Shown here in pieces: positions 1 through 11,610 of a DNA stretch of 33,116 nt. Source of the DNA: Choristocarpus tenellus KU-1152. Lineage: Eukaryota > Protista > Phaeophyceae. Within the stretch, counting starts at the first letter, position 1. Every line of letters begins with the position of its first letter. The notes below the pieces were generated by a model that worked only from the letters and a program-made list of their open reading frames with translations, was not told where the DNA came from and did not search any database. Made by a program: the position numbers and the translations under genes. The DNA lies in the NCBI GenBank assembly GCA_964200185.2, contig CAXNAD020000067.1, forward strand, positions 1 through 33,116. The letters are read 5' to 3'.

Positions 1-791
1 GGGGAAAAATAATTCTCTTTTTCTTTTTTTTTCCCCAAAAGGCCCCCCGCGGTTGTCCCCCCCCCCCCCCCCCCCCTCCCCAGATACTTTGGGTCTTTTC
101 CTTTCCTGTGTGGCTTTGTCAAGCTATGCTGTCACGGTACCACAGCACCACCACAAGTGTGAGTTGCTTTTGCAGAAACAGCACCGCACACTTCTCAGTA
201 AAACATAAACACTATTTTCCAGTTCAACAGAATCAAAGTAAGTGAGAGGTACCAGGTTATGGCCGTTTCACATTTTTGCAGTTCACCCATATTTCTATGG
301 ATGTAGTGCCAAGTTAGACTTGAGAGTGTGATGTCTCGATTGATAGAGACTACTACTCGACAAAATTCAGAAAAATACCCATACAAATAAAAAAAGGGGG
401 GGAATGTTGCACCTATTCGTCAACCTCCTTAAAATGCAACCCTGTGTACGTCTCGCATACTTGGACTCACAGTTGAATCATGAATAAATTTAGCGGAGAT
501 TATCACTACACACGTAGTGAGTAGATGTCGCCGTTGACCTATCAATGCCAGTTATCATACTCTGTTCTTGTCGTGTTTGTTGTATTCTTCACCTTGTTTC
601 TTCTTATTCTTTCAATGATAGAGCATTTGCAATTTTAAGTGGGTACATTGAGATGTATATGGTTTACCATGGGTACAGTATGTTGAATTACATGGGACTA
701 CACACTCTGGCCCATGGTAGTTACGAAAATGCAGAAAATGGCGAGAAATACTGCATCTTTTAGAATTTTTCTTTCCTTCACTGTTCTATAG

Positions 792-1220
792 GTGCACACT
801 GCACTTCTGTCAACTACATGATAGGTAGACGGGGAAGTAGTTCAGTCCCTTTACTCCATCATTTCGCTCTCTCTCTTCGTGGGCTCCATTTTTCAAAGTC
901 CTGCCTATTACATGAACACAAACGAAGTAGTCATCAATAGAGCTGAAAAATTTCTATCTACATTAGCATACTTGCTACACATTGTCAACCAATGAACTCA
1001 TCCTAAGTAGGTGGGATGGGATGAAGAAAATGATACCGATAAAAATAACATAATTAATCCAGCTCAAGGGATAGATTGGGATCTACCTCAGGCTCGATAT
1101 AAACTATGTACGAAACGTCACAATAGAGAAACTGTTGAGGGTTATGCAAGTTTTGACCATCTCGCATGCTACGCCAATTTATTTAAACCTCTGTGGTATA
1201 CACGCTATTTTCGTGTTTAA
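792..1220 (+). pseudogene. Degenerate coding relic
   Basis: After acceptor-like TTCTATAG| one frame reads VHTALLSTT**VDGEVVQSLYSIISLSLFVGSIFQSPAYYMNTNEVVINRAEKFLSTLAYLLHIVNQ*THPK*VGWDEENDTDK...YFRV. Family not recognised. Confidence 0.3.
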
Positions 1221-1333
1221 TGTGCGCAATCGAAGACCAAGGTATCACTGCAGAAAAGGCTAACAAAACATTTCACAGTTCAACAAAGGGTGTTTCGAGA
1301 GGTACATACTAAAAACATTTGACATATATCTGG

Positions 1334-1575
1334 TCATTTTAGGGATCCTTGTAAAATGCAATCTTGTATACATTGAGGTTAGTACGATGATTCAGACTAG
1401 AGGATATTGACCTCTACTTCAACACATGCCTAGACATGCACCACCGCCCATCTGTTGTTATAGTAATGTATGGCTCTCTTTTGGTGTATGCTTTTATAAT
1501 TGAACATCGACACAACAATAGAAATACAAGCATGATGTTTTTCATACATTTATTGCTATGACATGAGATTGATGA
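1334..1575 (+). repeat. Dispersed direct repeat, copy 1 (~242 bp)
   Basis: Aligns end to end with 7318-7568; shares the identical 33-mer CCTCTACTTCAACACATGCCTAGACATGCACCA (1411-1443 / 7391-7423) and ACAACAATAGAAATACAAGCA. Confidence 0.9.
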
Positions 1576-2777
1576 ATTCTTCCCTTTCCCAGTGAACCTT
1601 TCGAAACCATCTTCTCATGTTTGGCTGCACCGTTCTGAAAATCTCCATCAAATTTCACCTCCCACTCTGACACATCGAACCTGCCAACGATTAGTCAGTC
1701 ACAGCACCGTCACAGCCTTCTCACACACTTCATTAACACACCAAAAAACTGCATGCAAACTAAGCAACTACAGACCAGTCAAGCACTCAAGATGGTCCTT
1801 TAATCTACAGTAGTAAGTGGAACGCGCAGCATATTGTATGGTATATCTGAAATGTGCACATGTAGGGCATTATACATGATATTTTTACAGTATTAATGTG
1901 ATATGCTGGAGGGGCTATAAAAACCATGCCCATTGAAGAAGTTCTCATCATATTAATGAAAGAAGTAGTTTTCAAAATCCACATTTGTGTCGAACAATGA
2001 TCTGATGTGCAAGAGCAGAAATTGGTATGTTGAATGCCACTTGACTGGAGCAATCAAAATACACAAGAAAGCAAGATGCATGCAATTCATCTAGACCTAC
2101 TGTGCCTCTTTCTATCTGTCCCTCATCGTCCAAAATCGATTGCCCTTCTCCACTCTACCCATGCACTAGGTAGGGGATGCAGTGCCCATTCTAAAAATGA
2201 AAGATGGAGCAGCATGGACTTCCTATACACTTGTTCATCACTCTTTAGGTGTCCTCAGACACTATGCACAAGAGGAGGGCACACTTATGTTCTGAGGATA
2301 CACCCTGTAGTGTTGTGTGTTGTGTGTTGTGACCCATTTGGCAAGGGGCATGTACGCAACCAAGTGGTGGCTGTTACATGGCTAAATATGGTACTGTGCA
2401 TTACCTATAAAGTGTGTGTCCACTTAAGGTGTAGCAATCTCTGGAGCACAGTTCAGGTGTGCCATTCCCAGTATCAGACACCATACAAAACATTGTGATG
2501 ACATTCCACCACAAACTACACAAACAACTTTGTTCTGCTCCCCAATTCCTCTTTCACAATCTAATGGCCTAGTCTAGGAAAAAATTGACCGTATTTCGAA
2601 ATTGGAAAAGAAGAGTATATAGCATATGAGTTTCTGGTCTGGAGGGAGAGGTGGTCGAAGTGACTTTTCCCAATCTACGACCTTCATTTGTAGATAGATG
2701 CTGTATATTCTTACATATGTACATGCATCCCGTACTCAAGCAAACTGGTGCGGGAAGAAGAGACACTGTAACACATT

Positions 2778-3924
2778 CTACTCTGCACTACTGGGTGGCT
2801 TAGGGCCCTCCCAGAGTATTCTCCCAGTTGGGGTTACCAGTCTCAAACCAGCTCTGTCCGAAGTGACTTCCAAAAATGCTTCACGGGCATCAGTTGATAT
2901 CCATGGATCACGTACGATATCCCACCACCAGCGACGATAGCGTGGGGTTCGGTAAAATATGCCTTTCTTACTCCATCCCAAGCAGAGGTGTCCCTGTCTA
3001 ACGACAGCATATGGTACATCAGCTCCACCATCTACATCATCTGCTTCACTTCCGTTCTTGCTACTCTTGACAGTGTGCCTCGTTCCCAAGGGTAACCTCC
3101 ACCCCCTCCCCTTGCCAGGAAAAGGGTTTTGTATCTTCAAGACCCTGCCCCTGTATTGTTTTTTGTTCTCAGGGGATGCAGGGACTTTAAATATTGGCTT
3201 GCCGTGTTGCATAGCTGCAGTGGGGTCACACCCCCTCCCAACCATCAAACCTCCCTCCTTGGGAACCCAAGCAATAACTCTGGACCATGGGGGTAACCCT
3301 TCCTCACCACTGGCAATCCATGTTGAAACCATGGACGCACAGTTTGGTGCATCTTCGCCAATGGAGGCTGCCAGAAAGTCGGTGGGCTCCAGCTTGTAGT
3401 TGAAGATCACATCTGGGTACAAAGTTGGGAGGCGGTGTGCCCCACACGACTGGCAGGCTTCCAGAAGATCTGTCACATGCTTCTTGAGTTGGTGTTCTTC
3501 TGCCTGTGGAATGACCAGGGGTGAGGAGGACAAGTAGATGGGCAGTTTGGACAAGGTCAAGTTGTACATCGGAGCATGAGGGTACCTCAAGGGCCAACAG
3601 TTCGATATGTATGAGCATATGTTGGACCCTTGCATTCTCGGCAGAACTCAGTAATACAACAATATTGAATATAGAACGCCATACACAGTTGAAAAGGTTC
3701 GAAACGATCCTATCTCTCTGCAACTGTGGGAAAACAGTAGATAGTGTTGTGCAAGGGCATCAAAACAAGTAGTTGTTGGCTTATTCGATACTGAGCCAAC
3801 CCAAGCGTGACTACCATACCTTGAGAGAAATCTCCTGCACTCGGGTGCTCACACCTCCTGCAGTAAGCACTGTAACAGCACCAAGGGCAATAATAAAAAG
3901 TAGAAAGAGCACCCGCAGCATCAT
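2778..3924 (-). pseudogene. Probable disrupted gene for a secreted/membrane protein; 285-aa ORF of unknown family with a weakly bulb-lectin-like C-terminus
   Basis: 3924-3820 encodes MMLRVLFLLFIIALGAVTVLTAGGVSTRVQEISLK (signal/TM-like) and ends at donor AAG|GTATGG. AG acceptors lie near 3724-3714. Joining to the 2778-3635 ORF requires passing an in-frame TGA at 3650-3648 or a frameshift. The lectin resemblance (AFLEVTSDRAGLRLVTPTGRILWE) is by eye only. Confidence 0.45.
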
Positions 3925-5330
3925 GCCCAGATGATACCCTCCTTCCCGAGGACTGAATCTGTCAGAAGTTTCTCCTGCAGCTTCCGGAACAACCTGAATT
4001 ACTCTACCCCCTCACAGGATGACACGAACACCTAACATGTTCACTACACCCCTGTCCTCACACCCCCCCTCAAACGTGCCAGCACTGGTAAGTCAGGGGA
4101 AAGGGGAGCAGGGATTGATGCCCCTGTCCGTTTGAGAGGCACTGCTGCTTCCTTTCTTACCTAGAGGACCACAGAGGACAGCACGGGGGGGATATCTGGC
4201 CTGTGATGCAATATAATTACTTTTGAGGTTGATTATTACAAAAGATCGGGCAATAAACTGTGGAGATCAACCAGCCCCTCCCCTTCACCCTCTTGCCCGA
4301 GTTCTGCTGACCCAGGACTCCCTGGACTGGGAGCTGGGGCCTGGGAAATGTGGAAGCTCTCAAACGAATACAGGAAGGAAATATTATAGTGCAATGGATA
4401 TGCAAGCTACACAGAATATTTGCAGACTTGTTGTGGCGCCACATCCCAGGATCCTATCTCTTACCTGATCGGCAGGGGTCCCACAAACAATCTCCTCCGG
4501 AACCGCTGTGCTCAGAGTGGTGCCAGGACCCAGCGGCCCTTGAGTATTAATGGTGTGGATGCCTTCTGAGGGGTCCATGAATAACCCCGGTCCGTCGTTC
4601 CTAGCGTCAGCGTAGTGGGTGAAGTCGGGACAAGACCCCTCCCCTTCCGGATAGAGAGTCTCCCCAACCGTCACAACATGAGGGTGCAGGTGGTCGATAG
4701 ACTCCTTGTATCCATCGTCAGGACTTTCTCTGTTTCCGAGGGTCTCTATCTCCTCTGGTGTCACCTGGGAGAGAGGAGGTACATACTTGCAGGGGCTTTC
4801 TTCGCAACCGAGAGCCACCATCTCCTCCAGCGTCACTGGGGGAAGAGGAGGCAGCTCCCAAGGAAGATAGACAGTAGACCCCTCGTTTTCCTGGATAGCA
4901 CTCCCATTGTTGCCACTGGTCTGGACAGACGTATTGACAATGGAGGTACTACGCATAAGGACCTTGTGAGAACGGAAATCCTTCCGGAAGGCAAGGAACG
5001 AATTTTGTCTAAATCAAAGCAGAGCTGTCGCTCATATGGAGAGGAAGATCGAGTGGTCTGTAACACCAATACAAGCTCCTGTGATTAGGCGCGAAAGCAG
5101 GAGGGCAGGTGTCACCCTTATCTGGGAACACATATGCAGCTACCGTCAAGTGCCCTTCATATGTTAATCTCAAGAAGACCTAGCAGACTTGGATCCAAGG
5201 GGACCTTAAAGCAAGTCAATTCACGTGAACGAGAAACCACATCCCTTACCTCCTCTGGTACCACTTCCTCGACTGGAATTTCCACCATCCTCCCACGTTT
5301 GAGGTTTGAGGCAGGCAGCGACGGCATACT
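3925..5330 (-). pseudogene. Degenerate coding relic including the 190-aa ORF 4956-4384
   Basis: The 190-aa ORF is in the same frame as the 3924-3820 segment, separated by TAA (4386) and five TGA (4362, 4287, 4269, 4095, 4014). Protein-like pieces continue upstream in shifted frames (IPVEEVVPEEVRDVV..., HLTVAAYVFPDKGDTCP). Confidence 0.4.
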
Positions 5331-7317
5331 GTGACCACTCCCAGCTCACCTCGCTGCGTTATTGCTCGTGAAACCGTGAATGATGGTAAGGATATGCTCG
5401 GTTTCGACTTGTCTCAACAAAAAAACAAGTTCTGTCGTCCACTGTCGACGTGTAGTGGTTGAAACCGACAACAAACCTATTGGTTAAACGCGACAGGGAT
5501 GTTCTACTAGCCCCAGCAAACACACCTATGAAGGCATACGAGAGAGAAGACATCCCTTCTTTGTGATACACCCTCCAGATGACTTACATCTACAAACCAT
5601 ATGTTTTGGATCAATATTGCTAGTTGATCTCTGAGGCGAGATCTCAACTTCAAATAACCTCGCCCCAACTACGACGTGCGCTGACTCTCTTTGACTTCTG
5701 TGAGACCCCTACGAGAGGTTCATCTGGAGCACGGTTGCCCCCATAGACTTGCAACGGATCATTGATGACTGTACTTTCCTCCTCACTTCTTCCCATGATT
5801 GTGATAACATACATCATATCCCCATAAAACAAATTCTGCGGGACAACAAGATCGTGTCCCAATCACAATGATTAGGGACAATTTGTTTCCCCACACATCC
5901 CAAGGGCTATCGGACAGATGTACATCCCAATTCACTCTTGAAGATGGTTATGGGTGAGGATAAGTTGGGTGATTCTTGATTGATGCAGGGACAGACAGAG
6001 AGCACTGTATTTGGTGTAGTAGGTAGAGGCATAGACTGCCTTAGTCGAAAACAGGTGAAGACATAGACTGTCTCCGTCCGAATTGCTGACTCTCCTGAAA
6101 TCGGGTCTGTGGAATCAGCGCAGCGATCAACTTGGTGGTGCGGTGGTGGAGGATGCGTGTGTGCCTATGTTAAAGGAAAGCGTGACTGGTTGACTTTGCT
6201 GCAAATGGAGATATTGCGTTCATGGAGTCGTCAATTGCGGCCCCTCCAATGGTGAATTATGTGAGCGTATCCTGTTCAAGAGTTGGATTGAAGAATTGGT
6301 ATACAGGGTGTGGTAAGGAGACCCGTGTGCAAGCAGCCCAATTTTCATGTTCCACCACACCTTCTACAACCGATTCATGATGTTCCACGTTTGTAATCCT
6401 CTTCCACCGCAACAAACTCTCATCTTCACGAAGCTTCGAACTCCTGTGGTCTTACTGAGTCGTCCAGCAATCTCGTTGGTGCGATCTCCCTTCCCCACTT
6501 GTTGTGCAACACAAGGTGACTTGACTGCGTGGAGATGCAGCATTATACCGTTTCCTACCCCGTAAATAGAGTTTGACGATATGTTTTTTGGAGAGTACTT
6601 CAAACTTGCCTTTTTCTCCCTTGTGGCCGTGCTGGCATTACACTCTGCCGTATTGATAAGAAGATACTTCGTTTGTGTAACTTGTGTACAAAGTCAAGCC
6701 TTCGTTGCTTATGCATAGCCCAGAACCTGTGTAATGTGGTGGGTGGAGATGACATGGAGAGGTGAGATAGAGTTGGATAACATTCTTGGGTGCTAGTTCA
6801 TCTTGGCAAATTGCATTGTAGTTTCTATTAGTAGAATACAATGTGGAGTATTACCTTTCAATCTTCTTCACCATGAGAAAATGTCTCCTGCTCTGGAAAT
6901 CCCCCCTATAAGGTTCACTCCCGCACCCTCCGGTTGTTGTTTCAACATGACATACGCAATACTCAACAGTGATGCACCCTCCCCAGTTCATTTCCCATTT
7001 CGACGCTGTTTGTTTCTATTTCCATTTCCACCCGTGTCTCTATGTTATTGATGATAGTAGGTAATTTGACTGTGGCAGTGGCTTTGTCTGCGTGGGTGGC
7101 TACGAGACACCTCACCTAACGAAGTTGTGTGCCCTAGACTGGCAAATATTGTTTCCTCAATCCCTGTGCAATCGCATTATTTTTTTGTGTTTAATGTGCC
7201 CAGTTGAAGCACCCCAAAACCAACGTATCACTCCAGGAGAGAGGTGAACACAACAATACTACAATCCAGTAAAGGATCTTTTTGTAAAGTATATTTGAAG
7301 ATTTTTTGATTTTTTTT

Positions 7318-7568
7318 TCATTTTAGGGATATTTGTATTAATCTTGCATACCCTGAGGTTAGTATGATGATTCAGACTACAGGTTATTGGCCTCTACTTC
7401 AACACATGCCTAGACATGCACCAATGGCCCTTCTGCTGTTGTTGTACTGTATTGCTCTCTTACCCTAACGCTTAAGGTGCATTTTTTTATCACAAATCAT
7501 CAAAACAACAATAGAAATACAAGCAGAGTGTTTTTTGTGCATATGTTGCTATGACATGATATTGATGA
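7318..7568 (+). repeat. Dispersed direct repeat, copy 2 (~251 bp)
   Basis: Same orientation as 1334-1575; many substitutions and small indels. Confidence 0.9.
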
Positions 7569-8848
7569 TCTAGCCCATAGTATCCTAGTGGAGTGACAGG
7601 TGGTGTGCAACTGAAGCACTTTGTGCCTTCCCCCCCCTTACACAAAGCGATCAAATCAGTTGAAATCTCATAGCAAATATGTTAGCTTTCATGCATTCAC
7701 TGCCAAGGGTGGCCAAGCATGCCTTTTTGGTTGTTATTGTCGGGACGCTGTTCTCCAGGAATCCAGTCCAAAACAAATCAGGTAGTGACCAGAGTCTAGC
7801 CTGATCCTGTCAAAGTCTAGTGCCCAACATTTTATTAGGATCGACAAACTTTGTCTGGTGGAGGGGTAGGACGTGTGAACAGCCAGGAGATCACACCTTG
7901 TGGGTATCGATTTGTGGGTAGTATTTTAGGTCTAACACTCGTTGACATCTACAGTATAGAGTACCCAATCAATTTAGTGGATGAAGGGTTTTTATGAACT
8001 AAAACAACCCTAAAACAGGTCTTTTTGTGCCTGAATAGTGATCTTCATAATATCACTTTTGTGGCACCAGTCACCATAGTAATAGAGTGGGGCAGGTATA
8101 GTTGAAAAACATAGTGCTATTTGTTGACCTTCTAATGCCAACAGAGTGTGCGCACACGAATGACATGGCACTAGACAGGGCCTCATTCCAACAAGGTTCT
8201 CACTAGTAACAAAGTACATAATACATAAGAAAATTTCAATGTTGTTCCCCCTCACCCAACAGAATGGTCAAGAATAGTATCAATTTCTAGGAAATGCCAT
8301 TCTGAGTTTCAATGAGGGACATTGAATTCAAAACATCATGTGTTACAGTCGCATTTTGGGATTCTACTCATCTCGTACACACTACTAAAGAAACGCCATA
8401 CATATTTGCCCTCAACCCATGGGTCTTAAACGCTTGTCATTTCTCCCCGTGCTTCTCCTTTTCTTGGTTGGATGTCACCTCAAACACATTCAAACTAGGT
8501 TGTGGGTCATCTGACCCTTCACCTTGCTTCCCGTCCTCTTCATGGATTGACCTTGACACCATACTTGTGGAGGAGCTTACCCTCACCATCATGTTGAGAG
8601 TACGTAGGCACACTGCTAGGAATATGCTGGGTGCATGTGCACATTACATGGACGTTTCATTGTTTTGTGTTGCATAAAACTGAAGGAGACATACCTCATA
8701 CAAATTCTTATATTTGAGAAAATTCAGGTCTATGTTCCCATTCTCTGCATGCAGACTTTGGTACATCCAAACCAGATGTGAAGCGCAAGTATTATTTTGG
8801 GAATTTTCGTTATTCCAGGCATTACTCAGAAATGGAAACAATTTTATT

Positions 8849-9355
8849 TAGCTTACCGAGGTGTATGAATCTTGGATGAATTCTTTCATTGGCGACCTTA
8901 CACCCTCATTGAAAAATACCACGTCATCCTCAGTCGCCCAAAGGACTAAATAATTCAACCATTCCAGGTATTGTTGTGGGTTGAATGTCTTTGAGGGAAT
9001 GTTAAATGAGACCTTTGATTGGACAGGGTGGTGTTTGTGCTTTTGTCAATTTTCCTGTATATCTTGTCACTGGTTGGTAATGTATTCCATGGAAGCTCTT
9101 CTTCCCGATTGGACTTCGAGAACTGTCCCTTAGTTTTGTTGCATAGTTCATGTACTGCTTGAGTTCAAGAGACACACTGTGTTGTGAGTTTGTATTAGGA
9201 TATTCTTGAGGATAGTGTAAGATATTGCCGAAATTTATTTCCAAGCTAACATTGCTATTCAGGAGTTCGTATACAAATTTACGCACTACTACATGCTCAG
9301 CACAAAATGCATTACTGATGAGAACGGCATTGCAATACAGATGGGATATAAATAT
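8849..9355 (-). pseudogene. Degenerate coding relic
   Basis: The 94-aa ORF (9286-9002) overlaps a shifted frame reading RRASMEYITNQ*QDIQEN*QKHKHHPVQSKVSFNIPSKTFNPQQYLEWLNYLVLWATEDDVVFFNEGVRSPMKEFIQDSYTS; both internal stops are TGA. Confidence 0.3.
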
Positions 9356-10169
9356 TTATAAACTCCAATTAACGGGTTTGTTTGTAGTTGACTGGAATAA
9401 ATATACTCTGGGGAACTGTAGTAGTGTTTGACAAGGCACAAACTCACAACTCTTTTATTCATCCTATAGTATAGCACTCCTAGAACTAGAGACTGGGTTC
9501 CTCCTCCTGCTTTCTTTCTAAGTAGGGCATCACAAAATAGAGCTCATAAAATTCAAAATCAGTAAAAAACGTATCACACTTTAATCACAAGGAGAACGAG
9601 TACCATACCTACATGAATTGAGATGTGAACTTGGAATTGAGAAAGAACATTTATGAGCAACAGATGCTTAAAAAGAGAAAGCTCTTACACTAATATACTA
9701 TTGTGATTAGTCCCACATTTCACAGAAAGATTTAGTAAGAAGAAAATGTACAAACTCCATGGACTTGAAACTTGTGACCAAAGCACTGATACACACATAC
9801 ACACACACCATTAACTGCTGGGTCTCATATTCTACACCACTTTGCCATACTTTTGAGAATTTCATCTTGAACATGAGAGCCTTGTAACAGCAATAAAACT
9901 ATTGATCCTAAACCTACATCCTTTTCCTTGCGCAAAAAAGCTCTGTTCATGCACAGAAATCCATACTACCAACCACAGCAAGGACAAACATGCACTATCA
10001 TTGCCAGGCAGGTCAAGCACAATCCCACCTGATCCTTTCCTAAGAGAACTATGTTCAAAAGGCCTCATTTAACACATACGCCAACTTCCCCATAGACTCC
10101 ATGCCAACAATTTCTTCATCCTGTCCAATACAAAAATAAACAAATACTAAAACGTTGACCTCTCTCATC

Positions 10170-11610
10170 CTAAAGTGTGGTTGGCCCCTCAGACACCTTG
10201 CGTGGTTGACCTCGGGGTCGCTTCGGTACATCTACATCACTGGCCTCCATTCTCACCTTTTTTGGCCTACCACGAGGTCGTTTCGGAACAATATTTTGTG
10301 TCCTTGATCGTCCAACCAATTCCTTTTGCACACCATCAGCACCATCATCCTCTACGATCTTCCTTGGTCTTCCCCTACCCCTGCGGACCACAACTGTATT
10401 GCCCCCTTCGACCAGCTTTCCACTGGATTTTTCCCCCAAGACATTTTTGATTTTTGGTTTTACCCTGCTGCGTTTCATAGGCTTGTTCCTACCAATTTGT
10501 GGGTTTTCAGACATGCTATTTTCAGGTGTACTATCGACAGGGATCACCTCATTGACAATGCTGCTATCAACTACTGTGCTATCATCATAATCGTTATGTG
10601 TGATACTGTCAAGAGTCATGTCATCATCTACCAGGCTATCAACTAGATTCCCATTCTTAGGTACTTCATCAAGACGAGTAGACGGATGAATGAGACCCTT
10701 ATCAACCCCCTCTTGATCACTATAGGCGATCTCCTTTGCCCCCTCCATGTCTTCAACCATTGAAGTCAAACTTGGGTCAAACTCAGAGTCAGTCGGCAAC
10801 TCCCCACCCCCCCAGAACAGGTCTGGAAACGAAAGCAGTGCAGGCATTGGTGCAGCACGCTCCAAATCATTCACACCTCCCTCCGGAAGCTCCTTTAGAA
10901 GCTCCGGTTGAGTCTCAGCTTCAGCACCAGACTCCACAATTTCAACATCCTCCACAGTGCTCCCCTCAACATTTTCCCTCTCCCCCCAATCATACTTCCT
11001 CTTACTAACTGGCCAGCCCCCACTATTGAACCCTTCAAGATTTGACATATTCCTGACTGGTTGTATCATCTCAAGGTCAAGCTCTTTATGTTTGGGTTGT
11101 CGTCCCCTCCTCTTCCTTCCATTTTCCAGGCCCCCACCTTCCCCAAGGGCACTCTCATGTCTACCTTCCTCGCCATATTCCATTTCCTCATCAATCTGGT
11201 AGTTTGACCCCTCAGTTAGTGATTCCCACTTCTGATTGGTCACAATTGGTTGAGCCTTTGAATTTTCAAGGTTTCCCAGCTCACTACCTGGGATAAACAT
11301 TTCCCCATTAGTGCGTTGGGGTGGCCCTTGGCGTCGCCGGTCCCATGAGGCCTCCAACCTCTCTCCATCATCCCGTTCCTGTTTCTTCCTCTCAATTTCA
11401 TTCTTTTTCATATCAGCCACACTTATCCCAACCTTAGCTGCCTCTGCAGCGCGTGCAGCTGCATTTCTTCGCCTGGTTGCATAGGCCCGAGCAGCCTTCT
11501 CAGACCGCTTGCGTTGCTGATCAATCAGAAACGTCTCACTGTTCATGGTAGCCCTCAATAATGCTCCCTCCGCAAGCTTCTGTTCCATCCATGCTTGAGG
11601 GTTTTCAAAT
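10170..11610 (-). CDS. Terminal exon of the AT-hook gene (480 codons including TAG stop)
   Basis: Contains the 472-aa ORF; acceptor TCTCTTTAAAG|A at 11611/11610. AT-hook-type motifs RRGRGRPRK and KRPRGRPKK, plus degenerate KRPRGQPRK and KRRGRQPK. Confidence 0.9.

Noticed and set aside
1-80. Homopolymer-rich start with a ~20-nt poly-C (possible G-quadruplex on the minus strand)
   Set aside because: Looks like low-quality sequence next to a poly-C run at a contig or read end; no function can be assigned.
3648-5034. Alternative genetic code or stop readthrough to explain the in-frame TGA/TAA
   Set aside because: The two intact genes have >1300 codons with no internal stops and the one observed terminus is a normal TAG; frameshifts are also needed. 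Decay is the simpler explanation.
5600-7100. Coding-like GC-balanced stretch
   Set aside because: No frame stands out on either strand and no motif was recognised; not annotated beyond being part of the decayed zone.
8849-9286. RasGAP-like resemblance (VSLEIN..., PMKEFIQ)
   Set aside because: The conserved FLR motif is not visible; the similarity is superficial.
10175-11202. Several plus-strand ORFs
   Set aside because: Antisense shadows of the 472-aa terminal exon.
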